DNA of 64,000 nucleotides, from IMG/VR virus record IMGVR_UViG_3300026516_000001. One strand, given 5' to 3'. Numbering within the stretch: the first letter of the stretch is position 1; each line of letters starts with the position of its first letter. The position numbers and the translations under genes are program-made. This stretch comes from a virus. Positions 28,845 through 39,047 of this stretch are shown piece after piece. The notes beneath the pieces were generated by a model that worked only from the letters and a program-made list of their open reading frames with translations, was not told the origin of the DNA and searched no databases.

Positions 28845-31226
28845 TTATCGCGGAACCCACTTGGAGCCATCCCATACTGCGGTCTTGCCGTTGACGGTCG
28901 ATGTCGTGCCGACCGGGCGCTGAGTCGCCTGCGCGGAGCCTTGTTGCTGTGCCGCACCAAGATCCACAAGCTGCCCGGTCTGGTTGTTGAGCACGCGAGA
29001 TGGCACGGTGCGCAGCATGCCCTGCTCGGTCACTTCCTGTCCGCCTGGCACCACAGTGTAGCGGTTCGGGGTGTCTTTCCCGCTCAGGGCGCGGATCTGC
29101 TCGGCGGCGGCGGCGCGTTCCTCGGGCGTCTTGGCGTTCTCGTAGGCGGAATACAGCTTTTCCATGCGTTCCAGCCCGCGAACCTCGAAGCCGCGGGCGG
29201 TGATGTCGGCGTCGGCGCGGCCTCGCTCGATGCCCAGGCGCTCACGCGCAATCGACTCTTCGGCGCGTGCGCGTCGATCCGCCGCGGCACGATCTGCTGC
29301 GCGATCTTCGCTGCGACGGGTGAAGCGGAAGCCGTATCGACCGTTGCCGATTGCGCCGGCTACTGGAGCCTGCCGCTCGTCGGCATCCTGCTGTGCGGTG
29401 CGGCCTTGCCACGTCCCGCCGTTCCGCTGGTAGAAGCCGCGCACGGCATCCATGTCTCCGCGCGCCGCAGCGGCCTGAAGCGCAGCGCTCGTCGCGCGAG
29501 AAGTCTCCGGACCAGAAGCCATCATCGCAGCAGCCGGGATGGTATTCACCGTGCCGCCTTGCATTTCCGACACGGCCTGCCCGGCCGGGAGGTTGGTGAA
29601 CAGCGGGCTCTTGAGTCCGGGGGCGTTGTCGATGCGGCTGATCCCCTCGGCAGACGTGGGGCGCACGCTCATGCCGGGGGCTGGGCCTTGCATGGGCTGC
29701 TGCGTCGGCGCCGTGGCGGCGGGGGCGGCCTGCGATGCCGCGGGCGTGCTCTGCGCGTCGCCTGCGGGCGTGCTCGAAGCAGCGGACGGCGGCGTAGTGG
29801 CCGGCGGGGCTGCGACCGGCTGCGGGGCCGCTGCGGCTTCCGGCTGACCGCCGTAATCGGCGCCTCGCGCCTGCTGCGCCGAGCGCGAGAAGAAGCCGCC
29901 GATGGCGTTGGCCGCATCGCGCACCGGATCACCGCGGTTGAGGTAGGCGAGTGCGCCCGAAGCGGCGTCAACAGCCGACCCGGCAGCCGTGGCGGCCTGA
30001 TCCGTCATCGCCTGCCCACCAGCCATGAAGCCGCGGCCTGCCTGCGCCACCTGGTCGACCGCGCCCTGGATGCCTGCGGCGGCTCGCTGGCCGGCGGCCT
30101 GGAGGCCATCGGCAATGCCCGATGCGCCCACGGGTTCGCCTTGCGGCATCTGGCGAGGCTGGCCGGTGCGCGGAACGTTGGGCTCGCGATGCATAGACGA
30201 GAACGAGACAGGTGCCCCTTGCTGCGCCCGTTCAGTGGCCGCGCCGAATCCTGCCTCTTGCGCGGGCGGCTGGGCGGCGTCCGGGGCGCTCGGCCGGGGC
30301 GGGGTGGCGGTGTTGATGGCGCCAGCCGGGCTCGGCGCGCTCGGCTGCGGGCGGGATGGGGCGCGCTGCATGTCGCCATAGGTGACGGCCAGCGGGCTCC
30401 CGGGAAGCCGGCGGCGCTCTTCCTCGGCCGGCGATCCGCCGTCAGCAAACCCTAGCCGCGGCTCCTCTCGGCGCGGGATGTTGGGTTCGCGCTGCATGTC
30501 GGAGAATGCTGCGCTAGATTGCTGTGGTTCCGCAGCCACTGCCGGCGATCCATAGGCGTCCGCCATTGCGCCGGCCACGCCGCTTCCAGCGATTGCTGCG
30601 CCGGTTTGTGCTGCGCTCGGAGCCATCGCTCTAGCAGCCTTGACCGCCCCCATTGCCGGCGTAATGACCGAACGCATTGCGCCGAACACAGGAACAGCCT
30701 GGGCGGCAGCAAGCGCCATGCCGGTCTTGTCGCCAGATCCTGCTGCCGTATGCATTGCGCCCATAGCCGAGCCAAAGGATGTCGCAGGATTCAGCGCACG
30801 AACAACGCGGCTGCCGAACGACGGATTCCCCGCCTCAAATTGCTCGTTGTCGTTTGCCCAATACTGCGCTGCGTCGGCAATAAGCCCGCCGTCAGCGAAG
30901 TAGAGCCCATCCTTTTGCGGCTTGAAGCCTGCGGGCGCTGGAGTGTGGGTGGCGTCGCGCATCTGGTTGAGCGTCTGAACCCCCACCGCATGCACCTGTT
31001 CGGGCGGCATCTGGTATTCGCCGTTGCTCACCTTGACCGGGACCGGCTTGCCGAGCGCATCCAGCGTCGGCTGTCCAATCTGCTTGGTCGAGTCCGCAGG
31101 CATGATGTAGCTGCCCTTCGGGATCTTCGCGGGGATGCTGTCGGATGTGCCAGTGCCGGGGCCGACGATCTTCTTGCCCTTGGGCGCCTTTTCTTCGGGC
31201 TTCGCGCCCGGCTTGAATCCGTACAT
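28845..31226 (-). CDS. Putative internal virion/ejection protein
   Basis: GPGTGTSDSIPA and VSNGEY motifs, FADGG repeats, Ala/Gln-rich; precedes the DarB-like gene. Confidence 0.75.
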   Translation of the reverse strand: MYGFKPGAKPEEKAPKGKKIVGPGTGTSDSIPAKIPKGSYIMPADSTKQIGQPTLDALGKPVPVKVSNGEYQMPPEQVHAVGVQTLNQMRDATHTPAPAGFKPQKDGLYFADGGLIADAAQYWANDNEQFEAGNPSFGSRVVRALNPATSFGSAMGAMHTAAGSGDKTGMALAAAQAVPVFGAMRSVITPAMGAVKAARAMAPSAAQTGAAIAGSGVAGAMADAYGSPAVAAEPQQSSAAFSDMQREPNIPRREEPRLGFADGGSPAEEERRRLPGSPLAVTYGDMQRAPSRPQPSAPSPAGAINTATPPRPSAPDAAQPPAQEAGFGAATERAQQGAPVSFSSMHREPNVPRTGQPRQMPQGEPVGASGIADGLQAAGQRAAAGIQGAVDQVAQAGRGFMAGGQAMTDQAATAAGSAVDAASGALAYLNRGDPVRDAANAIGGFFSRSAQQARGADYGGQPEAAAAPQPVAAPPATTPPSAASSTPAGDAQSTPAASQAAPAATAPTQQPMQGPAPGMSVRPTSAEGISRIDNAPGLKSPLFTNLPAGQAVSEMQGGTVNTIPAAAMMASGPETSRATSAALQAAAARGDMDAVRGFYQRNGGTWQGRTAQQDADERQAPVAGAIGNGRYGFRFTRRSEDRAADRAAADRRARAEESIARERLGIERGRADADITARGFEVRGLERMEKLYSAYENAKTPEERAAAAEQIRALSGKDTPNRYTVVPGGQEVTEQGMLRTVPSRVLNNQTGQLVDLGAAQQQGSAQATQRPVGTTSTVNGKTAVWDGSKWVPR

Positions 31227-31288
31227 GGTGGCCTCTGATGAAAAACGGCTCGAACCGGGTAGATAGTCCGATTCGAGCCGTTTGCAGG

Positions 31289-31304
31289 CCAGCCCTACAG
31301 GGGG
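31289..31304 (-). promoter_or_regulatory. Conserved late-gene motif CCCCCTGTAGGGCTGG
   Basis: One of five intergenic copies upstream of late genes. Confidence 0.7.
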
Positions 31305-31312
31305 CGCACGTC

Positions 31313-32287
31313 TTATGCGGTCTCCCCCTGCACCGCGACCCCTGCCGAGGCGTGCACTGCGTTGAGCGCGGCAGCGGCTTGGTCGCCTGCGGCGCGTGCG
31401 GCAGCGGCGAGGGTGTCTGCCAACGAGCGCCGCGCCTGCGTCACGTTCCGGCTGCCCTCGATGGAGATCTCGTTGCGCAAGGTCGCATTGACCTTCGCAG
31501 CGTCAAGCTTCAACTCTTCGACTGCGATGCGGTTCCGGTAGTACCCCCCTGCGGCAGAGATAAGCTGCGCTTGGGCGTCCGCAGCAGAGGTCGCCAGTCG
31601 TGCGGCAATCTCCGGCCCAACGGCAAGAATCCTGATGTAGTCCGCCGCGGCCTGGATGCACTTCATGCGGTAATCCAGCGCATTTTGAACGGCAAATTTG
31701 ATGTTCTCGATCAGGATGTCGACGTGCTTGATCGCCACGTCGCGCGACTGCATTGCGATCTTGTCGTTTGCGTCCGCCTGCGCAAGACGGACGGCGTGCG
31801 CTGCAGCCCCCGGAGGAAGCGGGAATCCTCGCGCTGCAAACGTGCCCAGCACCTCATCGCGCGCCCGATTCACGTCGGCCAGCACTCGCGCCCGGTCCCG
31901 TTGCCAGATTTGATCCTCGACCGGCGACGGGATGCCTACTTCGCCGGCCAACATGTCGCACAGTCGTTCCTGCGCGTTCCGCAGGGAGTCGCATTCGTTC
32001 GGAAAGTAGGTGGAGAAGAACTCCGCAAACGTACCCGACAAGTCGTCAATGATCCGGGCGTAGGTTGCGTCATACAGCGCGCCGTCTACGCCGGATGCAG
32101 TGTTCGGGATAAGGACGTTTGGCTCAATCGCCTTTGGCGTGAATTCAAAACCAGCGTACCCAGGCGTGGACCACCCCAGCGCAGCAGTAACCGCGCGGTC
32201 TGAATATTGGTTTGCCAGTTCGGCCTTCTCCTTGCCCGTTTCCAATGCAAGGTTGATGATGTCTTCAACAAGCTGTTCTGCGCTCAT
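31313..32287 (-). CDS. Virion-associated helical protein
   Basis: 324 aa with FAARGFPLPPG; in the tail block. Confidence 0.75.
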   Translation of the reverse strand: MSAEQLVEDIINLALETGKEKAELANQYSDRAVTAALGWSTPGYAGFEFTPKAIEPNVLIPNTASGVDGALYDATYARIIDDLSGTFAEFFSTYFPNECDSLRNAQERLCDMLAGEVGIPSPVEDQIWQRDRARVLADVNRARDEVLGTFAARGFPLPPGAAAHAVRLAQADANDKIAMQSRDVAIKHVDILIENIKFAVQNALDYRMKCIQAAADYIRILAVGPEIAARLATSAADAQAQLISAAGGYYRNRIAVEELKLDAAKVNATLRNEISIEGSRNVTQARRSLADTLAAAARAAGDQAAAALNAVHASAGVAVQGETA

Positions 32288-34131
32288 CCGATTTTCCTCC
32301 CGGTCGGCAAGATGACAAATTCGACACTCGAAAGCTCGAAGTCATCCCCTCCTTGGTTGTACAGCTCGAATTCCAGTTGATTCACCCGGAGCCCGCGCCC
32401 CGTGTCGAAGCGCTGCGTTTGCAGGTGCTCGCTGGAGTCTCGGGCTACATAGTCATACGTCTGCCCCTCTGCGATCACGCGCAATACCAGCTTGCCTGCG
32501 GAACTCACGCCGACGTATGCATTGCTGATGCGCTTGAGTGCCGACGTGCCGAAGTCCTGCTTGCCGAAACTCACCATCGCCTGAATCGGAGTGCCGGCAT
32601 CGTCATCCCCGTCCAGCGCGTAGATTCCGTCTTCCCGGCACCCGTAATACACGCCACCGATCACCGCAAACCCGCCGAAGTCATACCCCTCGTATCGGGT
32701 GGAGCCGTTGTTTTCCGTGTTCAGCACCCACGTTGCGACCGTGCCATTGTCGGGGATCTCGGCAGAGGCGATCAGCGCCTGAGACAGCGTGGCCCCAATC
32801 GTCCCGGATAGGCTCAACGCGACCGCGCCGATTGCCTCCGACAAGATTTCAGCACTGATTTCGCCGCCACTGAACTGCAACAGCACCGCGCCGGAGAGCG
32901 CGGAATCGAAAACTGCGAGCATGTTGCCGGAAAGCTGAATCGTGCTGCTTCCCGCGGCAGTGGATGGGAATTGCACCTCGCCGACAATAGCGCCTTTGCC
33001 AAAGCCCACCATCGGGAGCATGGCGCCAACCCCCGATGCGTAATCCCGATCCGCCCCAAGACCGATCATCGGAAGCATTGATCCTTCGCTGCTTCCATAG
33101 TCGATCGTGTAGCCCGTACCGTATCCGGTCATCATGACCATGATCCCTTCGCCAACCGCAAAGGTGGGGGCATCGACTTCATCGCCCGACCCGTACCCGG
33201 TCATCGGGAGCATTTCAGAGTAGCCAAAGGCGTAGGCTCGATCCGATCCGACGCCAATCATCGGCAGCATTTCGCCGAAAGAAGCGGAAGTGACCGGGCT
33301 TACCCCATCTGCGGAAATTGCATACCCGCCCGCGCCGATCATCGGCAGCATGGCACCATATCCACGCGCCGCACCGTCGCCGCCTGCGCCGATCATCGGG
33401 AGCATTTCCCCGTAGCTCGCGGCAATGCCGATCAGCGAAGGAGCGTCCACAAGGTCGCCTGCCGTGTAGAGCGCAGCATCCATAAACAGCAGGCCGTCGC
33501 TTTTCGTGTCGGTCTGGTAGATGAGCGCATCATCCACGTAGTACCGCGCGCCGACCGAGGTCACATCCACGCGAAGTTCGTTGCTCTCGGTGACGCTACC
33601 GTACTGGTGTAGAACCACGCCCGATTCCATCACGCTGGCAATGCCATTGGCGACGAACCACGCCCACCGGATATCTCGATATCCGGACTCCTGGTAGCTT
33701 GAGTTCAGCCCGACGACTGCGCCGGTCGTGGCTCTCGGGATCGTGAATCGTGCGGAGGCTCCGCCAACCTTTTCCGCAATGGACCGCGCCTTGCCGGTCC
33801 ATCCGATCTGGTAGTCGATAATCGTCTGCGACGGGATCGCCGCCACGGGCGGAGTGGGTGGAATGTAGCTCTGCTCGGGGATATAGACCGGATACGACTC
33901 TTCGGTGCACACGTAAGTGTACGAGGTCACATAGTAGCGATCCGTGGCGCCCGCACGATTGGAGCTTTCAGCAAGGCCGATCAACTGGATTTGATCGGGG
34001 ACGTACTGGCAAACCGTCCGCGTTTGATACACGGTACGAGCGGGCATGTACGGGCGACCGGGGTCTCCTGCAACGCCCGGAGATCCGCGCACATAGGATC
34101 GTTTGAATTCCTTATACAGCGTATTCTGCAC
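32284..34131 (-). CDS. Tail-region protein with internal G.MLPM.G.G repeats
   Basis: 615 aa; about 7 repeats; beta-rich C-terminus. Confidence 0.75.
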   Translation of the reverse strand: MQNTLYKEFKRSYVRGSPGVAGDPGRPYMPARTVYQTRTVCQYVPDQIQLIGLAESSNRAGATDRYYVTSYTYVCTEESYPVYIPEQSYIPPTPPVAAIPSQTIIDYQIGWTGKARSIAEKVGGASARFTIPRATTGAVVGLNSSYQESGYRDIRWAWFVANGIASVMESGVVLHQYGSVTESNELRVDVTSVGARYYVDDALIYQTDTKSDGLLFMDAALYTAGDLVDAPSLIGIAASYGEMLPMIGAGGDGAARGYGAMLPMIGAGGYAISADGVSPVTSASFGEMLPMIGVGSDRAYAFGYSEMLPMTGYGSGDEVDAPTFAVGEGIMVMMTGYGTGYTIDYGSSEGSMLPMIGLGADRDYASGVGAMLPMVGFGKGAIVGEVQFPSTAAGSSTIQLSGNMLAVFDSALSGAVLLQFSGGEISAEILSEAIGAVALSLSGTIGATLSQALIASAEIPDNGTVATWVLNTENNGSTRYEGYDFGGFAVIGGVYYGCREDGIYALDGDDDAGTPIQAMVSFGKQDFGTSALKRISNAYVGVSSAGKLVLRVIAEGQTYDYVARDSSEHLQTQRFDTGRGLRVNQLEFELYNQGGDDFELSSVEFVILPTGRKIG

Positions 34132-34134
34132 GGG

Positions 34135-35676
34135 TCATTCCTCCCACGGAGGGGTCAATCGCCCGTCGCTTTGCCAGCGTGCCCCAGGTGTCAAATTCGC
34201 CGGGCGGCCGTCTTCATCCCGAACGTACGTCACTTTTGAAAAGTTGATCATCTGGTTTTCTGAAACATCGGAGGGCGACGGAGCGTCTTTGTTGATGGTG
34301 GATTTCGGCACCCAGGTATCCCCAAAGTCTCTGGTCGTGAAAAACCGATATGCGCCGACTTCTTCTTCGATCGTGTAGGCAGTGATGCCGAATTCGCTTG
34401 GGCCGATCACGGTCAGTTCCCCGCACAGGTGCTGCGGGAACGGCAGCGCCTTCGTGGTGAAGCTGCGCCCGTCTGGTGCCCATACAACGAGTCTCGGCGG
34501 CTCGAAAGGCTCGGCTTGGCCTTCCACGTTGTCCGGCAGCAGCTTCATGACGGGGGTCTCGCCAACCAACATCAATGGCGTCGGGAAGCCATAGCAACTG
34601 CGCGCCGTGCCGTTGATCTCCCCGATTCGGGCAAACCCCCCGGCAGCGGTTCCGATGAACAGCGCAACCCGGAAATTTGCGGCACCGTCCGCGTCGTAAT
34701 AGCGGGCCGGGGCTACGGCCATCACCTCGCCGGTCACCAGCCGCACCATGGAAACCTGATCGGCCAGCGTAGCCAGCCGGGCATTGACTTCATCCTCGGA
34801 TGGAATGAGCGAGACCACCGCGCCGAAGTCCGGGAAAAGCGCCTCGTCCAGGTCGAGCAAGTCGCCGGCCGGAATCTCATCCACCGCTGCGGATTCGAGG
34901 TCGATCGTGCATAGATAAGACTCGCGCGCGCTGGTATTGTTGGGCAGCGGGGAGCTCGGCCGCCAATACACATACACCGGAACGATCGCAAAGGCGAGCA
35001 TGGGCGCAACGAGGCTCAAGCCCGGAACCCCCTGGATAAACTCCGGCTTGCCAAATTCAATATAGGACCACGATTTCCCACCGTCGTTCGAAATGTAACC
35101 TGCAGGCTGCTGAAGTCCATACCAAAGATTCAGAAACCCACGCGCGACGGTCCCGTCTTCACGCGCGACGGTCCCGCCTGCAATACTTGCGACCTTGCGC
35201 CGGTATTCATCGACCGACGCGATAACGGATAGCCGTTCGCGCCACGTTCCGCCGAAAAGAGAAGACCGCAACGAAAACCGAAACCGCAAACCTTCAATAC
35301 GCTCCGTGAACGTAAGCCACCACCCTGATAGAGTGCTTGCCGGGGAAACGGCTCGGATGGGCATTGTTCCGGCGCTACCGGGGTCTGCGATGGCTTCGAG
35401 TGCGTAATCCTGCACGCCCGCCTTGATGAACAGGCGATCGTAATTCGTGGAGCGCATTACCACGCCTTCGGAAAGGTCGGACGGGGTTTCGTAGCCGACG
35501 CAGAACCACGCGCCGCCGCCCTGCACCTTCACGTTCGATCTTGGCCCTTGCTTCTCCGCAACCCACCCTGCGCCGGCCGCGCGAAGCCATGGCGAGTCGT
35601 GCTTTTTGAGCTGCCTCACCTTAGCTTCGGCGACTGGATGCCCTCCTACTTGCCAGGATTTCGGGTACTTGCTCAC
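34135..35676 (-). CDS. Tail-region hypothetical protein, possible beta-propeller
   Basis: Asp-box-like SNDGGKSW and TRDFGDTW. Confidence 0.7.
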   Translation of the reverse strand: MSKYPKSWQVGGHPVAEAKVRQLKKHDSPWLRAAGAGWVAEKQGPRSNVKVQGGGAWFCVGYETPSDLSEGVVMRSTNYDRLFIKAGVQDYALEAIADPGSAGTMPIRAVSPASTLSGWWLTFTERIEGLRFRFSLRSSLFGGTWRERLSVIASVDEYRRKVASIAGGTVAREDGTVARGFLNLWYGLQQPAGYISNDGGKSWSYIEFGKPEFIQGVPGLSLVAPMLAFAIVPVYVYWRPSSPLPNNTSARESYLCTIDLESAAVDEIPAGDLLDLDEALFPDFGAVVSLIPSEDEVNARLATLADQVSMVRLVTGEVMAVAPARYYDADGAANFRVALFIGTAAGGFARIGEINGTARSCYGFPTPLMLVGETPVMKLLPDNVEGQAEPFEPPRLVVWAPDGRSFTTKALPFPQHLCGELTVIGPSEFGITAYTIEEEVGAYRFFTTRDFGDTWVPKSTINKDAPSPSDVSENQMINFSKVTYVRDEDGRPANLTPGARWQSDGRLTPPWEE

Positions 35677-36137
35677 GGTATCTCGTAGGTGTTAACGAAC
35701 GCGGTCCAGAACTCCGGAGTTACCGGAGGCGCACAGGAGGGGAACGGGTCGATGGGGATGCTGTTCGGAAAAAACAGCGGGAACATTCCGCCGTCCACCA
35801 AGGAAGTGGGCGAGATCTCTGCGATTACCGTCCCTACCCCGTCGCCCGCGCAGTCCTGCAGGATCTGCACGGTATGAGGGAATGAGTCGTAGTCGTTCGA
35901 GCCGCCAAACACGGTGAACGACCCTGCAGTGTCCTGCCCCGGCTTTTCGTTGAACCAGATCGTCCAGGTCGTTGCGCTAGGCACGGCATTCAGCGAAATG
36001 CCCACAAGGGCCGCGCTGCCATCTTCTGCATACACGTCCGTGAACATGAACGTCGCACCTGGCGTAACGAATTGCGAAAAGCTCGAGGACGCCCCATCCT
36101 TGAACGTGCGGATTAGTCGAACCCCCAGCCGAGCCAT
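35673..36137 (-). CDS. Small tail-region protein with conserved C-terminal tag
   Basis: SD AAGGAGG; ends PPVTPEFWTAFVNTYEIP. Confidence 0.8.
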   Translation of the reverse strand: MARLGVRLIRTFKDGASSSFSQFVTPGATFMFTDVYAEDGSAALVGISLNAVPSATTWTIWFNEKPGQDTAGSFTVFGGSNDYDSFPHTVQILQDCAGDGVGTVIAEISPTSLVDGGMFPLFFPNSIPIDPFPSCAPPVTPEFWTAFVNTYEIP

Positions 36138-36146
36138 GGTCCCTCC

Positions 36147-36587
36147 TTACGCCGTTGGCAGCGCGATGACGTAGTGCTCGATCACCTTCGTTTGCCCACT
36201 GATGAAATTCGGGTCGATGTTCAGGTCGGCGCCAATCAGGGCAACCGTTCCTTGAAGGCGGGGGGCGGTGGTCGAAAGCGTGCCATCGTCTGCCGCGGCG
36301 ACATGGCGATACCACGCAGCAGTCCCGGTGGTGGCAATGGCCCCGCTCCACGTCTCGGATGGCTTCTTCGCCAGAACGCCGTTGACGGCGGCAGTATCGA
36401 ACAGGATGCCGGTTCCGGTGCTGTTGAGCGTGACCGTGCAGAGCAGGGTCGCGCCGCCGACAGCATCGTCCGCAGAAGCCGGGGCTGTGCCCGCGTAAAT
36501 GTCGATCCGGCCGCCGTCCAGCGCAGCTTTTGCCGAGCCGGTGGCGAGCATCGCATTGCGCAGGCCGGTCGAGGTCTTGATTGCCAT
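36147..36587 (-). CDS. Virion structural protein
   Basis: STGLRNAML...IYAGT.PASAD...GTAAWYR; SD AGGAG. Confidence 0.8.
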   Translation of the reverse strand: MAIKTSTGLRNAMLATGSAKAALDGGRIDIYAGTAPASADDAVGGATLLCTVTLNSTGTGILFDTAAVNGVLAKKPSETWSGAIATTGTAAWYRHVAAADDGTLSTTAPRLQGTVALIGADLNIDPNFISGQTKVIEHYVIALPTA

Positions 36588-36608
36588 GGGTATTGCTCCT
36601 TCGGTGGA

Positions 36609-37127
36609 TTACGCGGATTGCAGGTCGATGACGGCCAGCACGCGCAGAAGAAAATCAGGGTCCGGGGTTTTCGGCGAGGCGAGGCGGACAGCCGACAAGA
36701 GGATGCCGGAGGCCGCGCCCTTGCTCGGTGTGCTGATGAGCGCAAGGCCGCGAATCGTCGTCTCGGCGTCGAACTCGAATTCCGCACGGTTCGCAGAATT
36801 GCTTACCACTCCGCCAGAAGCTGCCGCGGTGTTGATCGCAATCCGGGTCGATCCGGTGTAGTTGGTCAACTCGCCCGCGAGCCCGATGAATGTCGCGGCG
36901 GTGTCCGTGTCCTGGGGGGCGTAGTCGTTCCCATAGGGCACGAGATACCACGCGGTTACAGGGGTCGCGCCGTTGAGCAGCACATCCAGCGCGTGATTGC
37001 GCCCTTGTGCTGGCATGATGTTGTGGATCGTTTCGCGCTCGACAACTTCGCCCGTTTTTCGACGGACGGTCTCGACGGTGTAGGTAAAGCCGCTTTTCGT
37101 GATCTCATTCACAGCGGGAATCTCCAT
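36609..37127 (-). CDS. Virion structural protein
   Basis: HNIMPAQGRNHALDV; start inferred at MEIPAV. Confidence 0.75.
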   Translation of the reverse strand: MEIPAVNEITKSGFTYTVETVRRKTGEVVERETIHNIMPAQGRNHALDVLLNGATPVTAWYLVPYGNDYAPQDTDTAATFIGLAGELTNYTGSTRIAINTAAASGGVVSNSANRAEFEFDAETTIRGLALISTPSKGAASGILLSAVRLASPKTPDPDFLLRVLAVIDLQSA

Positions 37128-37132
37128 GTGTA

Positions 37133-37584
37133 TTACGGTATTTCGTAGGTGTTGGCGAACCCGGTCCAAAACTCCGGCGTAATCGGCGGCGCAAGATTTA
37201 TGGTGACAGGACCTAGCCCAACTCCGGCGCCATCGTAATATTGCCCAGGCATGTCCGCTATTTTCACGGCTTCGCCAAGTGTTTTGATATACAGCTCTGC
37301 AATTTCCCAGTTGAAGTTGGGAATAGGCTTTTCGGATACCAAGCCCTTTTAAAATCCGCATATGAAATGCGTATTTGATTATTAATGGACGGCTCTATGT
37401 CAACATAAAACCATGGGGTCCATGTTTCACCGGTAATTGACCCTTCTTCATATGCAATATCTGAGGCGTAAAAATACTGTGCAGACCCAGGTGAAAAATT
37501 TGAAACCAACATTTCCATGAACTCAAAATATCTCGGAATTCCTGGAAAGTTGTTGTAGCACTTGATTCCAAGTTCAATAATCAT
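37133..37584 (-). pseudogene. AT-rich gene split by a 1-nt frameshift; carries the same C-terminal tag as 35673..36137
   Basis: MIIELGIK...ADFK frame and LVSEKP...PPITPEFWTGFANTYEIP frame meet at TTTTAAAAGGG (~37345). Confidence 0.6.
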
Positions 37585-37594
37585 GCTTGCCGCC

Positions 37595-38824
37595 TCACAG
37601 CATGTTTTCCTTGCGGACCAATTCGGCTTCAAAATACGTGGAGGCTGCGGCGACGGTTGCTTCTGCCCCAAACAGGGACGACACCAATTGCCTCATCCCG
37701 TCTTGCTCCCGGTACAGCATTGCCGCTCTGGACGCCTTCTCGGTCGCCGTCGTGTCTTCCTGCATGTTCTTGACCTGCCCGTCCCGCGAGCCGATGACAA
37801 TCCCGCGCTGCGAATACCACGCCACATCAAGGGCGTTGTTTATTCGCGTGCTCGACCCTGCCGCGGCGCCGTAGGGAAGCAGATCAACTAGCGCCGCATC
37901 CCCTGCGATATCCGCGCCGGCCAGCCAGTACGTGCGATCGGCCGTTGTGATGTAAACGCCTGCCTGCATTGGCTCCACAAGGGTGATGCCCGGCAATGGG
38001 ATGTATCCCCGCAGCGGGTTGTGCCACGTTGGCGCGTAGGGCTCGGAGTAATACAGCCCGTTGCGGTCTGCGGTCAGCAGCCGGCCATTATGTACGCGAA
38101 CGATGGAGCCGGCAGGCATGGGGAGAAAGCCGAGCGTTTGCAGTTGCGCCCCCTGCTGTGGCGTTACCGGGAATCGGTAGGTGGATGCAGTCGTGGTGAC
38201 GGCATGAAACAGCACGTCGCCGTTGCAGGGCGACACGTAGATGCGTTTTGTCCCGGCAGGAAGCGTAGAGACTTCCAACACCCCATTCTCCGAGACTTGC
38301 ACAGCAACCGGCCAGGACGATCCAGACTCTTCGCCGTCCGGAGATTCGAGGGTGATTGCCACCTGATACCAGCCGGCAGGGAGTGCGCCGCCAGAAGCCC
38401 CTGCGACCGATGGAGCGGCATCCGGGACCGGAAGCCCGGCAGTCTCGCTCACGCCGTCACGGATGCGTTCAAGAACGACACCGTTACTCCAGTACAGATC
38501 CCCATTGGCGAAGCGGGCAAAGCTCACGCGCCGCCCCGGAGTCAGCCCGCTGCGCACGACCTCGCCAGCCGGAAAGGTCTTCAGGTCGCCGCCATCCACG
38601 AAGTACGCGCCCTGCTCGTCCGCCCACAGGCTATGGCAGTCCGCGCCCGCGAGTGCAAGCGTGGTCCCTTTGCGCCGTTGCAGCGTTCCGGCTGCGGTCA
38701 GATCGACATTGACCGCGTTGCGCAGATAGTCGCCGGCCTTTTGACCGCGCGACACAATGCCGAGCTTGTGGTCGGGTAGGCGATTGTTGATGCCGGCGAA
38801 GGGGCCAATCGGAGCGATTGCCAT
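37595..38824 (-). CDS. Tail/virion protein
   Basis: Start MAIAPIGPFAGINN; LRNAVNVD...G.LQRRKG. Confidence 0.8.
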   Translation of the reverse strand: MAIAPIGPFAGINNRLPDHKLGIVSRGQKAGDYLRNAVNVDLTAAGTLQRRKGTTLALAGADCHSLWADEQGAYFVDGGDLKTFPAGEVVRSGLTPGRRVSFARFANGDLYWSNGVVLERIRDGVSETAGLPVPDAAPSVAGASGGALPAGWYQVAITLESPDGEESGSSWPVAVQVSENGVLEVSTLPAGTKRIYVSPCNGDVLFHAVTTTASTYRFPVTPQQGAQLQTLGFLPMPAGSIVRVHNGRLLTADRNGLYYSEPYAPTWHNPLRGYIPLPGITLVEPMQAGVYITTADRTYWLAGADIAGDAALVDLLPYGAAAGSSTRINNALDVAWYSQRGIVIGSRDGQVKNMQEDTTATEKASRAAMLYREQDGMRQLVSSLFGAEATVAAASTYFEAELVRKENML

Positions 38825-38900
38825 GAACGATCTACGTCCTGTTATGGCGCGCGTGCGCCGTGGAACTTCGCGCCATCGTAGGATCAGGACGGATACGCGG

Positions 38901-38916
38901 CAAACCCTACAGGCGG
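38901..38916 (-). promoter_or_regulatory. Late-gene motif variant CCGCCTGTAGGGTTTG
   Basis: Core CCTGTAGGG upstream of 38824. Confidence 0.55.
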
Positions 38917-39047
38917 TCAGGAGGGGAAGGCACGGCGACGGTGCATCAACAGACAACGCCCGGCACGGGGCCGGGCGCTGCGCCGATCGTCTCGGCATCC
39001 CGGAGCCTGCCGGGTCAGTGCGCGCAGCAAGGGGCGCGCGAGGGGGA

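Noticed and set aside
26511..30455. 1314-aa plus-strand ORF and other long antisense ORFs (20127..22214, 50141..52168, 961..2547)
   Set aside because: Shadow frames opposite high-GC3 genes; no motifs and an atypical amino-acid composition
35673..37200. Possible DGR template/variable repeat pair
   Set aside because: Differences are mostly synonymous and not adenine-specific; no reverse transcriptase in the window
37335..37360. Programmed -1 ribosomal frameshift
   Set aside because: No in-frame X XXY YYZ heptamer; tandem slippage at TTT AAA would place TAA in frame
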